The notes under the pieces were generated by a model. It had not been told where the DNA came from and did no database searches. It worked only from the letters and a program-made list of their open reading frames with translations. From Azolla caroliniana (Eukaryota > Plantae > Polypodiophyta), in NCBI GenBank assembly GCA_043228905.1, contig JBHGNT010000015.1, positions 17,794,001 through 17,858,000 of the forward strand: a stretch of DNA of 64,000 nucleotides, given 5' to 3'. The position numbers and the translations under genes are program-made. Position 1 is the first letter of the stretch; each line of letters begins with the position of its first letter. Positions 47,401-57,788 of the stretch are shown here, piece after piece.

Positions 47401-49956
47401 AAGAGCTCCAAGTCGACGGGTGAGGATCAACTCTACGAGGAGCAGTCCCGACCGGCAAGGGACCGGTTAGCACTCGAGGATCCGGCCGAAGACGGTGAAG
47501 AAACAGAACCGGCCGAAGAAGATGAAAATGATACTGGAACCGGCCCCGATCCCGAAATGAATTCGGATGAAGAAGAATCGGAAGAACCGGTTATCGAAGC
47601 TCCGGAACGGAGATATCCTCTAAGAGAGAGAAGGGCCCCCCGGAGATTTCCGGAACCAGAGCATGTGCTGCTAACCGACGAGGGGGAGCCGGAGAGCTTT
47701 GAAGAAGCAAAGCACGACACCCAAAGCCGCAGGTGGTTGAGTGCCATGCAGGACGAGATGGATTCCCTGCATGAGAACCACACATATGAACTAGTGGAGT
47801 TGCCGAAAGGAAAGCGGGCACTTCGAAACAAGTGGGTGTTCAAGCTGAAACCGGGAGATGCCGGAAACCCCCCGAGATACAAAGCCAGGATCGTGGTGAA
47901 GGGGTTTCAGCAGAAGAAGGGCGTCGACTTCGACGAAATATTTGCCCCGGTAGTGAAGATGACCTCCATCCGGACGGTGCTGAGCATAGCGGCAAGCATG
48001 GACCTCGAGGTAGAACAGATGGACGTGAAGACGGCATTCCTTCACGGTGACCTCGAAGAAGAGATCTACATGCAGCAACCGGAAGGATTCGAGAAGAAAG
48101 GGAAGGAGCACCTGGTATGCCGGTTGAAGAAGAGCCTTTACGGACTGAAGCAGGCTCCCCGGCAATGGTACCGGAAGTTCGACTCCTTCATGACCGACGA
48201 AGGGTACCACAAAACGCAGTCTGATCACTGCGTGTTTGTGAAGAAGTTCGAAGGAGGAGACTTTCTAATACTCCTCCTGTACGTGGACGACATGTTGATC
48301 GTCGGACGGGACCAGGTCAAGATACAGATGCTGAAGAAGGCTCTTCACCGAACCTTCTCAATGAAGGACTTGGGTCCGGCGAGACAAATACTAGGGATGC
48401 ATATCATCCGGGACCGGAGCAAGAAGCAGTTGTGGCTGTCACAGGAGAAGTACGTGACAAAGGTGCTTGAACGGTTCAACATGTCGGAAGCAAGACCGGT
48501 CGGGTCAACCCTCCCGGCAAACTGCAAGTTGTCCAGCAAGCAAAGCCCCAAGACAAAGGCTGAGAAGGAGGATATGATGAAAGTACCATATGCCTCTGCC
48601 GTCGGAAGCTTGATGTACGCAATGGTGTGTACAAGACCGGACATAGGATACGCAGTCGGAGTGGTGAGCCGGTACATGAGCAATCCCGGCAAAGAGCACT
48701 GGAACGCAGTCAAGTGGATACTCCGATACCTGAAGGGCACGGCAAACGTGTGCCTCCGATTCGGCTCCGGTAAGTCCGAACTCGATGGCTTCACCGATTC
48801 GGATATGTCGGCTAATGCAGATACCAGCCGGTCCACATCAGGTTATGTGATGACGTATGCAGGGGGAGCTGTTTCATGGCAGTCGAGGCTGCAGAAGACG
48901 GTTGCACTGTCAACCACGGAGGCGGAGTACATGGCGGCTGTTGAAGCCGGCAAGGAAATAATATGGATGAAGGACTTCATTAGGGAGCTCGGTATCCGGC
49001 AGGTGGAGTACCGACTCTACTGCGACAGTCAGAGTGCCATCCACCTTGCGAAGAACGCGGCCTATCACTCCCGGACGAAGCACATCCAGCGAAGATATCA
49101 CTGGATCCGGGAAAGGATAGAAGACCAGGAGTTCGTGCTGACGAAGATCCACACGGACGAGAACGGCTCAGATATGCTGACCAAGGTACTCACACCCGAC
49201 AAGCTGGAAGCATGCCGGAAGAGGATCGGGTTGGAGAGACATCCCATGCCGAAGTGAAGGGGGAGCTTGTTGGGATTTCGGTCCCTCCGGATGGGATGTC
49301 CAGAGATGAATGACGGCAAGTCCGGAGGCTGTTACGGAACCAGAGGATGAAGGGTACCCGGCATGAAGCCGGATGAAGACCCCGGCCACGGAGCCGGATG
49401 ACGAAGACCCCGGCTACGGAGCCGGATGACGAAGACCCCGGCTACGGAGCCGGATGACGAAGAGAAGACCCGGCTACGGAGCCGGATGATGAATGTACCC
49501 GGAGAGAGATCCGGATGCGGGGACATATTTGTGAATATGTTTGCCAAGGGCCCTTGAGGCTATATTTGTAAATAGCCCGAAAAGTCATATGTGTATAAAT
49601 ATGACTTAGGGCAAACAGTTCAATGTTGTTGCTCATTTTTCTGATTTCACCTAGAGAGAGCGAAGAGAGCAGCCGCGAGAGAGAGACAGAGACGAAGAGG
49701 TCGTTGCCTCTGTGTATTGCCGCCGCCTGTGGCGAAGACAGTGAGCTCAAGGTTGTTGCCTTGAAGCTTCACCATTGTACATCCCTGTTCATAGTGATAG
49801 TTGGAGTTTGAGGACTCCCGTGGTTTTTCCCATTTAGGGTTTTCCACGCAAAATATCCTGTGTACTCCTCTCTCTATAGTCTTCGTGTACTTTGTATTTC
49901 CCATTTTCGGAGAGTTGATCCTATTCCTCGGTTGTGGCCGAGCACCGTTTGCAACA
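44464..49956 (+). mobile_element. Copia B3: young full-length Ty1/Copia element
   Basis: 689-bp LTRs 44464-45152 and 49268-49956 with about 2 substitutions. Perfect TSD CGTAT (44459-44463, 49957-49961). Met PBS 45156-45168. PPT GAAGGGGGAG. Confidence 0.98.
45184..49257 (+). CDS. gag-pol: Copia B3 Gag-Pol polyprotein, open but with protease motif DSG changed to DFG
   Basis: Uninterrupted ORF highly similar to B1; WVVDFGASFH at about 46132-46161. Confidence 0.96.
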   Translation: MEGGSSGQPGMMVLNAQNYADWKIKMEDLLIVRDLYEPIDRSEIPKGVLESEWRLLNRKAVATIRQYVDVSVLQHVANDTNAYEMWRKLWGLYERKNALNRTSLMRKIVNLKYRDGESMVEHVSTFMGFVNQLAAIKFPLEDAMQAIILMCTLPDSWENLVVTLSTSCTEDNLSLQTVKTSILNEEARRRDKEPASDSKALLTESERGRQWNRSPQRREKSGTRSQSRGRPTCFHCGKPGHFRKNCRHYRKDNGANDTDSKKSPERNGAYRGATDRRGPDRRGQDRKGTTALAASEEEIMLITEERELNLAGEEMTWVVDFGASFHLTPEKKYFSSYTAGEHGCVRMGNEDTCRIAGIGDVWLMTSTGCKMLLKDVRHVPEVRLNLISAGRLDDEGYTGSIRNGVMKFSKGSLIVARARKVNTLYLMNSRLCPEELNVAADTAGELWHKRLCHMSEKGMKRLAEDNLIPVKHVHLEKCTDCLAGKQNRTSFHSRPPTRRSVALELVHTDVCQVETKSHGGAQYFVTFIDDHSRKLWTAPLKTKDQVLSVFKELHARVERESGKKLKAIRADNGGENRGQFQEYCRSKGIRLEFTVPKTPELNGLAERMNRTIMERVRSMLAHAKLPKGFWAEAMSTATYVINRSPSVPLDGDTPQRVWTGREVSYRHLKVFGCLAYVHVAKDRRGKLDPKTRPCIFLGYGDDEFGYRVWDPVDKKIFRSRDIIFMEDKTLADWESEKKMKSSKSTGEDQLYEEQSRPARDRLALEDPAEDGEETEPAEEDENDTGTGPDPEMNSDEEESEEPVIEAPERRYPLRERRAPRRFPEPEHVLLTDEGEPESFEEAKHDTQSRRWLSAMQDEMDSLHENHTYELVELPKGKRALRNKWVFKLKPGDAGNPPRYKARIVVKGFQQKKGVDFDEIFAPVVKMTSIRTVLSIAASMDLEVEQMDVKTAFLHGDLEEEIYMQQPEGFEKKGKEHLVCRLKKSLYGLKQAPRQWYRKFDSFMTDEGYHKTQSDHCVFVKKFEGGDFLILLLYVDDMLIVGRDQVKIQMLKKALHRTFSMKDLGPARQILGMHIIRDRSKKQLWLSQEKYVTKVLERFNMSEARPVGSTLPANCKLSSKQSPKTKAEKEDMMKVPYASAVGSLMYAMVCTRPDIGYAVGVVSRYMSNPGKEHWNAVKWILRYLKGTANVCLRFGSGKSELDGFTDSDMSANADTSRSTSGYVMTYAGGAVSWQSRLQKTVALSTTEAEYMAAVEAGKEIIWMKDFIRELGIRQVEYRLYCDSQSAIHLAKNAAYHSRTKHIQRRYHWIRERIEDQEFVLTKIHTDENGSDMLTKVLTPDKLEACRKRIGLERHPMPK

Positions 49957-52947
49957 CGTATAAGTCCCGAAGCCATCACCAACAACGTGCTTCGGGCTGT
50001 TTTGGACCTGCAACGGGGAGAGGACCATGAGGTCGACATACCCCCGGCATCAAAGATGAAGGCGTACTTCGGTGAGTACTTAGCCACAGGGAAGGCATAT
50101 CGCACGTATGGCGGGCCCAACAAAGCTTTCGGGGAAATTGCTCGTATATTGATGGAGTATGCGTTCATGCATACGAACCCAATGAGCATGTCGCAGAACA
50201 AGGCAGCCATCATTATCAGCGCTTATGAAGGAAATAGAATCGATTGGGGAATCATCACAGGCGAGGGACTCCGCGCCGCCTTAGCTTCATTTCAGTCCGG
50301 TATGAAGATGTTGTCTGTTCTTACCCACTTTTTGATGGTTCTATACCCACCCTCTTCACTTCCTTCCCCTCGCACACTCACGTCTCCACCACCACCACGA
50401 AGGCAGAGAGAGAAATTCGTGGCCATCAGCCACGAAGCATGGGAGGAGCCCACATCGCCTTCACCCCTTGCCGCCGACCAAAACACCGCATCTGCACCAC
50501 CACCCGCCCAACCCCAATGAAAAAGGGTAGTTTCCGAGACCTGCCAAGAATGGGAGGAGGAGGTAGCCGCGGAAAACAACACAGCCGATAACGTCACCAT
50601 TCAACCGCCAACATCGCGCCCCTCGGTAACGTCCCTAGGACCTAGCCCACGCTCCAACACACAACAGGCTGCACCACCACGACCCCAGAAAAGGAAGCAG
50701 GCGGAGGAAACGACACTACCGGCCCCAGAACCCCAAACACAACCAAGCAAAAGAAGACGACTCAACCGCGAGTCCTCGGAAGAACAGAAGGAGCCACATC
50801 AGGAACAAGCCTTAGTGGTCAGACAGAGCAACCTGGCCATCACCCCTACGGAGGCATTGCTGAACCAGGGAACGATCGAGCATGGGCAGACAACGCAGAT
50901 CTCAGAGGATGAATTCCTTGGGTATAAGGACCTCCCCGCGGAGGCTTACGAATTTAGTGCGCTCCTACGCCTCGGTACGGCATTCGAGCTGGTCGACTTC
51001 CTCACCAGAGCCCAAGTCGCGGCAGCCGCTCGAATGGCGGAAGAGCATGCCGAAACAAAAATGATTCAACGCGCGCTAATAGGTGAAATTGAGCCCCAGG
51101 AGGACAGGGCTTTACAAAAAATCGGGAGGAAGAAGCAGGCAAAACAGGCCGCTCTCCTCATGGAGGTCCCCGAGTTGAACACGGCCCTTATCGAGGCATA
51201 TCGGGACCTGGATCGCACTACGCGGGCAGCCAAAGACATGGCCCAAAAGATAAAAATAGCCCAAAAACAGGCGAAGATGGCTACAGAACTATGGCACACT
51301 GTGAACTAGAAGCTGGCAGCCTGGGAGCAGAACCGGCCGGAACAACAATTCCTGAGCCTTCCGGTAACAACCATTGAGGCCCTCCCAGCGCCTCCACGCA
51401 TAACAATGATGGATGAAAGCACCATCACCGACTCAATCTTGAAGGTGCAGGCCAGTACACAAACGGACTCGTTACAAATGGTTGATGCCTACACAACAAC
51501 CGAGGCGGCCACACCCATGGAGCAGACCGAGATACCCCCACCTCGTGCAACCAAGGAGGTGGCAACCCAGACAGAACCCCCGCTCCGGGATTACCGTGCG
51601 GAGCTTAAAGAAGAACAATGGTGAACCGAGAGACACGAACAACGGCATCAAGAGGCAATGGCTCACCTAAAAGAAGAAGCTTCCAAGCAGATGGCCGAGA
51701 TAAGAGCCCAAGCCGACCAAAGGATACACGAGCAGAACGAAGCATTGGGCCGGGTACAAGCGCAAGCCGCGGCCAAGGAAGCCGAACTCAAAAGCAAGCT
51801 GGAGGAATACACAGCCACAGTGGTGAAGAAAGAGAAGGAGGTTCTAGACCTACAGGCCGCGCTCCACAATGCAAAAGACTGGAACCAGCGGCAGGAGGAA
51901 AGAAATCGCGAACGGGAGGAGAGGATGAACGCGGAGAATGCCAAGCTGCAGAGTCAGCGCATGACCCTTAAAGAGATGGTTGACGAGTTTTTCATCAAAT
52001 GCAAGCTACTTTCGGAGCAAAAAGACGCCTTATCGGATTCCTACTTCGCCCTACAAGAAGAGAGAATCGTCGAACGGGAACAAATCCAGGCCACGTGTCA
52101 GAAAGAACGGGAGCAGGCCACCGAAGAACTCACCAAGCGTTACGAGCAGGCTCTCCAGATGGTAACCGCAGATGCAAAGAACAATCAGGCCATCTATGAG
52201 TTAAGGACACAGAAAATTCAGGCCGAGGTCGATGGCTTAAAACAAGAATTAGTAGCCATCCGAGCACAGCCTGGCATGGATGAGACACGCATCCGAATCC
52301 TGATCGAGAAACAGCGCCAGCACCTTACCAAAAAGGTCAAGGAAACATTAAGTCGCGCAGGAGACGAATGAGCAGCCCAAGCTGCCGAATTGCACATTTT
52401 ACGCACCGACGCCGAGAACCGACGGAAGGAGGGCCGCGGCTTCTACAAAATGGACGAAGCCAGCATTCAAAACCTGCGTGCATATTTAACCGAGGATTAC
52501 CAGTCCTTGGCAAAATCTCACACCGCGGCAATTGAGCAAATAATGGAGGACTTCAATGATGGTCAGATGCTGTTTCGCTTGGAAGCAGAAGCCTTCGAAC
52601 GAGAACGACTCGCAGCCATCCCCACCAGCCCTCCAACGGCCACAGAGCAGAAAGAAGAATCTCCCAGCAAGGAGATCATGGACACGGCACAGGAGGAACT
52701 TGCCCCGGCCAACAGACATCCCATGGACGCCCACACGGTACCAAAGCCTGTCAAAGGAGAGGTCAGCGCCCACGAACCCACACCCCCACCAGAAGAATCG
52801 GCCGCACCCGAGGCGGACGCCCGAGAAGATATGCCACCCCCGGACCAAACTCAACCCCCCGCACCGACAGTCCAACCAGACCACCCTGCCACCACCCCGG
52901 ACCCCGAAAGCATCCTTGACATCTTAAAGGAGGAATGAAATGAGGAT

Positions 52948-53034
52948 CACGCCTAAAAGGAAATTTTTGTAATATTGTTAGTATTTTGTAAGTCGTGGGT
53001 TCGACGGACAAGGTCCTGTCCCACGGGCGTGCCA
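52948..53034 (+). other. tRNA-Arg-like 3' structure ending in CCA at the position of the PPT of Gypsy E
   Basis: GTGGGTTCGA[13 nt]GTCCCACGGGCGTGCCA then AG then LTR TGTT. Reverse complement of the element's PBS. CACGCCT (52948-52954) can pair with GGGCGTG. Confidence 0.8.
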
Positions 53035-53036
53035 AG

Positions 53037-53305
53037 TGTTCTCCAGAGGACAGAAATGTAAAATTAGGAAATTAGCAAACGCCGAGTCCGAGTATCACGG
53101 GCCACCGATGGCTCGGCTGTGTGTTAGGGGAAAAGTTATTTAAACGAGGAGCAGTACCCCAGAGGGGAGAAAAAGAAAATTATAGGCGGAAGCACTAGCT
53201 TAGTCATTCATAATTAGATAAACTCTGTTACGAGCCTTCACATACCACGCCCTTGAAGACCGATAGACGCAGATCTATCTAAGGTGTTCACCCAAAGGAA
53301 CGGGT
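53037..53305 (+). repeat. 3' LTR of Gypsy E (internally deleted)
   Basis: Matches 36785-36973 joined to 37157-37236 through CTC microhomology. Confidence 0.9.
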
Positions 53306-53307
53306 CA

Positions 53308-56300
53308 GGAACCTATCAACTCTCTCTCAACCCGCTCAAGTGTCAGTTCTGGGTCAAGTACGGAATAATATTAGGACACGTCGTGTCCCGCCACGGGATC
53401 TCGACTGATGAGGCAAAAGTAAAACTCATCCTCGACATGCCACCCCTCACGAACGAGAAACAACTACAAGGGTTCATGGGATACGCGGGTTACTATACAC
53501 GCTTCATTAAGATGTTCGCGGACAAGGCTAGACCACTCTACTCCCTATTAAAGCAGTTCGCGTGGACAGAAGAATGCACACACTCCTTCAAGCTCTTGAA
53601 AGAGTGCCTAACTAAGGCCCCCATCCTCTGGCCTCCCGATTGGACCAAAGAATTCCACGTGCACACCAACGCTTCCGCCTTCACGATTGGTGCAATGCTA
53701 GCCCAACCCGGTGAAGGGGCACTCGACCTACCGGTCACCTTCGCTAGTCGCCAGCTAAATGCCGCGGAATGAAATTACTCCACGACGGAACGGGAGGCTT
53801 TGGCCATGGTCTATAGCGTAAAGAAATTCCACCACTACCTGTTGGCGTCCCGGTTCTCGTTTTTTGTAGACCATCAGGCCCTACTCTACTTAGTAAACAA
53901 AACTCACGCCACTGGACGCATCTCACGATGGATCGTAACGTTACTCGAATTCGACTTCAAGGTAGTAGTGAGAAAAGGGAAAGACCATGTACTTGTCGAT
54001 CATTTCTCCCAGATTCCCAATGGAGAAGAAGCCACTAGGGTGGATGATGAAACACCAGATGCAGCATTATTCGTGATCGATACCGTACCAGCATGGGCAT
54101 CAGACATAGTTCGCGTCCTAACCGAAGGAGCGTCCTTCCTAAAACAACTACCACGAACACACGTGCGTGCCTTGCTAAAGAAATGTGGCCCCTTCACGAT
54201 GCTCCAAGGCAATCTGTATTGTCGAGGTAACGACGATCTACTTCGGAGGTGTATAACAGACCATGACGTCGTCACCACCCTTGAACAAGCTCATTGCGGG
54301 AGCGGAAGTGGTCATTTCAATCATGAGACCACTGCGCGCAAGATCCTCCAGTCCGGCCTATGGTGGCCAACACTCTTCAAAGACACATACGCGTATGTAC
54401 GTCGCTATGATGAGTGCCAACATTTCAAACACCCGCTAAAAGAGGATTTAAATACGTTAAACTCGGTGGTGGCATGGCAACCATTCGAGAAATGGGGTAT
54501 CGACTTTATCGGCCCAATCAGCCTAGCTTCCAACCTCAACCGATACATAATAATCGCCACCGACTACGCCACCAAGTGGGTTGAAGCTAAAGCTTGTGTT
54601 AACGCCGACGCGCGTAGTACTGCCAAATTCCTATATGAAAATGTCATCGTACGGTTTGGATGTCCGCTCGAAATCATTAGTGACCAAGGCTCACATTTCC
54701 TGAATGAGGTGATAGCACATTTATTAGGCGAGTTTATGGTGACACACCGCAAAAGTTCTCCTTATTACCCTCGATGCAACGGACAAGCAGAAAGCACGAA
54801 TAAGGTGCTATGTGCAGTACTCACAAAGATAGTCGCTGCCTCACGATCTGATTGGAGCACCAAACTCCAAGCAGCATTATGGGCTTTCCATACTTCCTAC
54901 AAAGTCGCAACTCGCCACACACCATTCAAACTGGTGTACGGGCAAGAAGCAGTATTACCCATCGAGTTCCTTGTCCCCAGCCTCAAGATCTCCGTACAAG
55001 AACGATGGGAAGGGGACCCCCTCCCGTCACGCCTAGAGAACCTAGAACGACTGACAGAAACTCGCCTTCTCGCATTCCAGGCACTCTTGGCAGAGAAAGC
55101 CAATAGAAAGGTGTGGCACGACAATAAAGTCAAGAACAAAGACCTTGTGGAAGGCGACATGGCCCTCAAATTCTCCTCTCAACAACACAAGAAGAAGCTG
55201 AAGTTACGGGGTGAAGGCCCGTATGTGGTTTCGGAGATTACCAAGACAGGAGCATGTCGCCTACGCACGATCGAAGGTTTTGACATCCCTGGGTTCATTA
55301 ATGGGAGCAAGCTCATACGTTACTATGGACCCCTCACACTCGAGGCTCTACTCACGGCTCGGCAATGAGAGGTAGAGGCCAAACTTAAAGCCTCTGAAGG
55401 CCGAATGGCCCGGCTCGAAACCAACCTGCGCAATACGCAAGCGAAATTGAAGCGACAGGGACACGCCCATCCGACAGCCATGGCTCGGGCGGCCAACTCT
55501 AATGATGGAACAATACAACTACAATGTTGTGTCGACGACATGCCTTTGACGGTGGTAATCGACACAGGAGCATCGCTAACCCTTTTCTCCTTCGAAACAT
55601 GGAGACGTCAAGTTGCCCAAACCTCGAAGTGTGCAACGACAACTTCCGTGGCTTCGATGGGTCCACGTCATGTTGCTTGGGAACTTTCGGGTGTAACATC
55701 AAGACAGAATACAGCGCGCACGTAATCCAAGTTCGGGTACTCCCACCCAGAGTGATGCACACACAATTCCTCCTCGGTTTAGATTGGTGTCGCATAAGCG
55801 AATATCTCCTATCACCCAACAAACACATCGTCTCTTTTCAAACAGGAGGTGGACTGAAGTCCGAGGACCTCATCGCAACAACACTCAAATCACATCTTGT
55901 TGTCCTCGTTGATCCCCAAAGCGTGGAGCTACCCAAACAAGCAACACACCAACACCCACAGGCCGCCCATGGCCAACGCGACACTAACAATAGAACACAG
56001 ACACCCAAACCACGAGAATGGGTGAACGTCCACACAGTTTTCGCTGAAGGCCCACGCTACGGAGAACGTGCGGTGTGGCGAGTCAGAAAAATACTCACAA
56101 CCGCACAAGGTTGGCACAATGGCGCCACTAGCTTCTGGGTTCCGAAACGAAATCGACTCCCCACTCGCGATCGAAACACCCCTGCATGGGACATCGATGA
56201 ACCCCAAGGCGCGGAGTCGCTCAACCAAACTGAACGCCAACACCCACTGGCCACCCAAGACCAGCGCGACGTTAACGTTAGAACATAGACACCAAAACCA

Positions 56301-56670
56301 CGGGAATAGGTGAATGTTCACACTGTTTTTGCGGACAGACAACGTTGTGGAGAATCCGCCATTTGGCGAGTCAAAAAGACACTCACAACAGCACAAGGCT
56401 GGCACAAAGGCGCCACTAGCTTCTGGGTCCCAAAACGAAGCCGACTCCCCAGTCGCGATCATACCACGCCTGCAAGGGACACCCGAAAAGCACACACATC
56501 AACCCGGTATTCCACCTAGGCTAAAGCCACAGGAATCGACAAGCCTAAACAACTGAGAGACCGAACACCCCGTAGGAAGGTTTCACAAATCCTCCCCACC
56601 CCCTTAACAAACATGTCGCAGGTTTGGATCCTTAAAAGTCACAGACCCGGAACCTCACACAATACCTGAG
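53308..56670 (+). pseudogene. pol: Gypsy D pol continuation: RT end, RNase H, integrase, second aspartic protease, repeated C-terminal domain
   Basis: LSLNPLKC, HTNASAF, WGIDFIGP, SDQGSHF, EGPY; then, in frame after one TGA, VVIDTGASLTLFS; after a frameshift FLLGLDWC; then two 96-codon repeats. Confidence 0.88.
55991..56480 (+). repeat. 288-bp period coding duplication
   Basis: TAGAACA(C/T)AGACACC at 55991 and 56279; both encode VNVHTVFA...WRV.K.LTTAQGWH.GATSFWVPKR. Confidence 0.9.
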
Positions 56671-56849
56671 TGACACTCCCTCCACAGTCGCATCCTCAAG
56701 GTTCCTCAAAAGCCCTTAATTTACCCAATCCCCTACCACGTTCCCCGTAGACCCCCGTTCAGACCCCCGTCACCATAGGTATCCTAATCTTCTCCATCGA
56801 TTCCTCCTTACCCTTCCGACCTCACATCCCCGTCAGTTGTCCCTTGTTG

Positions 56850-57260
56850 TCGTGGTTTATGTTTTATTAATTGTATTAGTTTTTATTCTTTTTTCTTTTT
56901 TTTTCTTTTTTTTTTTTTAGTCTTTTTTTTTTTTATGTTTTACGATCTTTACCATTATTTTATTGATTTAATTTATTTGTAATGACTATTGTTGTCAGTT
57001 TGATCTGTATTTTTTTCTTTTCTTTTCTTTTCTTTCTTTTTTATTTTTATGATTTTTATTATTTTATTATTTTTTCTATACCGATTATTATTATCTTTTT
57101 TTTTTCTTTCTTTTTTTTTTGAGTGGTTTTTTTTCTTCTTTTTCCTTTTTGCTTTTTCTTTTTTCGTTTTCCTTCTTCTTCTCCTTTTCTCCTTCTTCTT
57201 TTGCTCTACCTCCCCTCCCTCCTTTTTTAGCTCTCCTCTTTCTGCTTGTCCCCTTCCTTC
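56850..57260 (+). repeat. T-rich / polypyrimidine low-complexity tract
   Basis: Long runs of T with C or A interruptions. Confidence 0.9.
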
Positions 57261-57788
57261 TCACTCCACGCTCTGCAACACTCTTCCCCCCCTCCCCGCT
57301 CACACTATTCCTCCCCTCCCCCCCCAAACTTTGTTCGTGGCTTTCTCCCACACTCAGCGTCCCCGCCCCTACTCTACCGGTTGCTTGCCCCGATCGCCGC
57401 CTCGTCTCCTCCACACCTTGATTTCCCACGCCTCGGGTAGGCCCTTCCCCCCCCCCCCCCCTCTCTCGTTTTGCCACACCACACTACACTCCCCTCGTGT
57501 GCCGCACCTGCCCTTCGTTCCTTTGCGGGGGCCATGGCCGCCGCCACGACGTTGTCCTCCTCCTCTTGTCACCGGCACACTACGGGCCTCCCAGCCACAA
57601 CGTCTACACTCCCCCCGTGACGGCCATAGTCGCTGCCCCGTCGCCGCCGCCCCTCCTCGTGGCGTTGCTCGTCCACGCTACCCCACCGTCCCGACGTTTT
57701 TTCGTTCCCCCCGAGGTGGCCACGACAGCCGCCTCGTCGTTCCACCCTCCCCACGTCGTTGGCCATTTCCAGACCACTCCACCTAGTG

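Larger units (their letters stand above)
44345..52938 (+). pseudogene. Gypsy E extra ORF (about 1031 aa after removing Copia B3): PMD/transposon-protein-like N-terminus, Pro-rich linker, long coiled coil
   Basis: 44345-44463 joins 49962-52938 in frame (MPLTASTETRAWLQERG...AKR|ISPEA). ORFs 49801, 50815, 51406, 51658 and 52390 share one frame separated by four stops. NRIDWGII motif. Confidence 0.8.
36785..53305 (+). mobile_element. Gypsy E: Ty3/Gypsy element with extra 3' ORF, inserted in Gypsy D RT
   Basis: LTRs 36785-37240 and 53037-53305 (3' copy has a 183-bp internal deletion and lacks its last bases). PBS TGGCACGCCCGG 37246-37257 (tRNA-Arg type). No TSD because adjacent host RT DNA is deleted. 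Confidence 0.93.

Noticed and set aside
52948-53034. Genuine tRNA gene
   Set aside because: No D arm or anticodon arm, an insertion in the T loop and an encoded CCA; kept only as a tRNA-like motif.
57049-57786. 245-aa Phe-rich ORF and its Lys-rich antisense ORF
   Set aside because: Translation artefacts of the T-rich and C-rich low-complexity tract.
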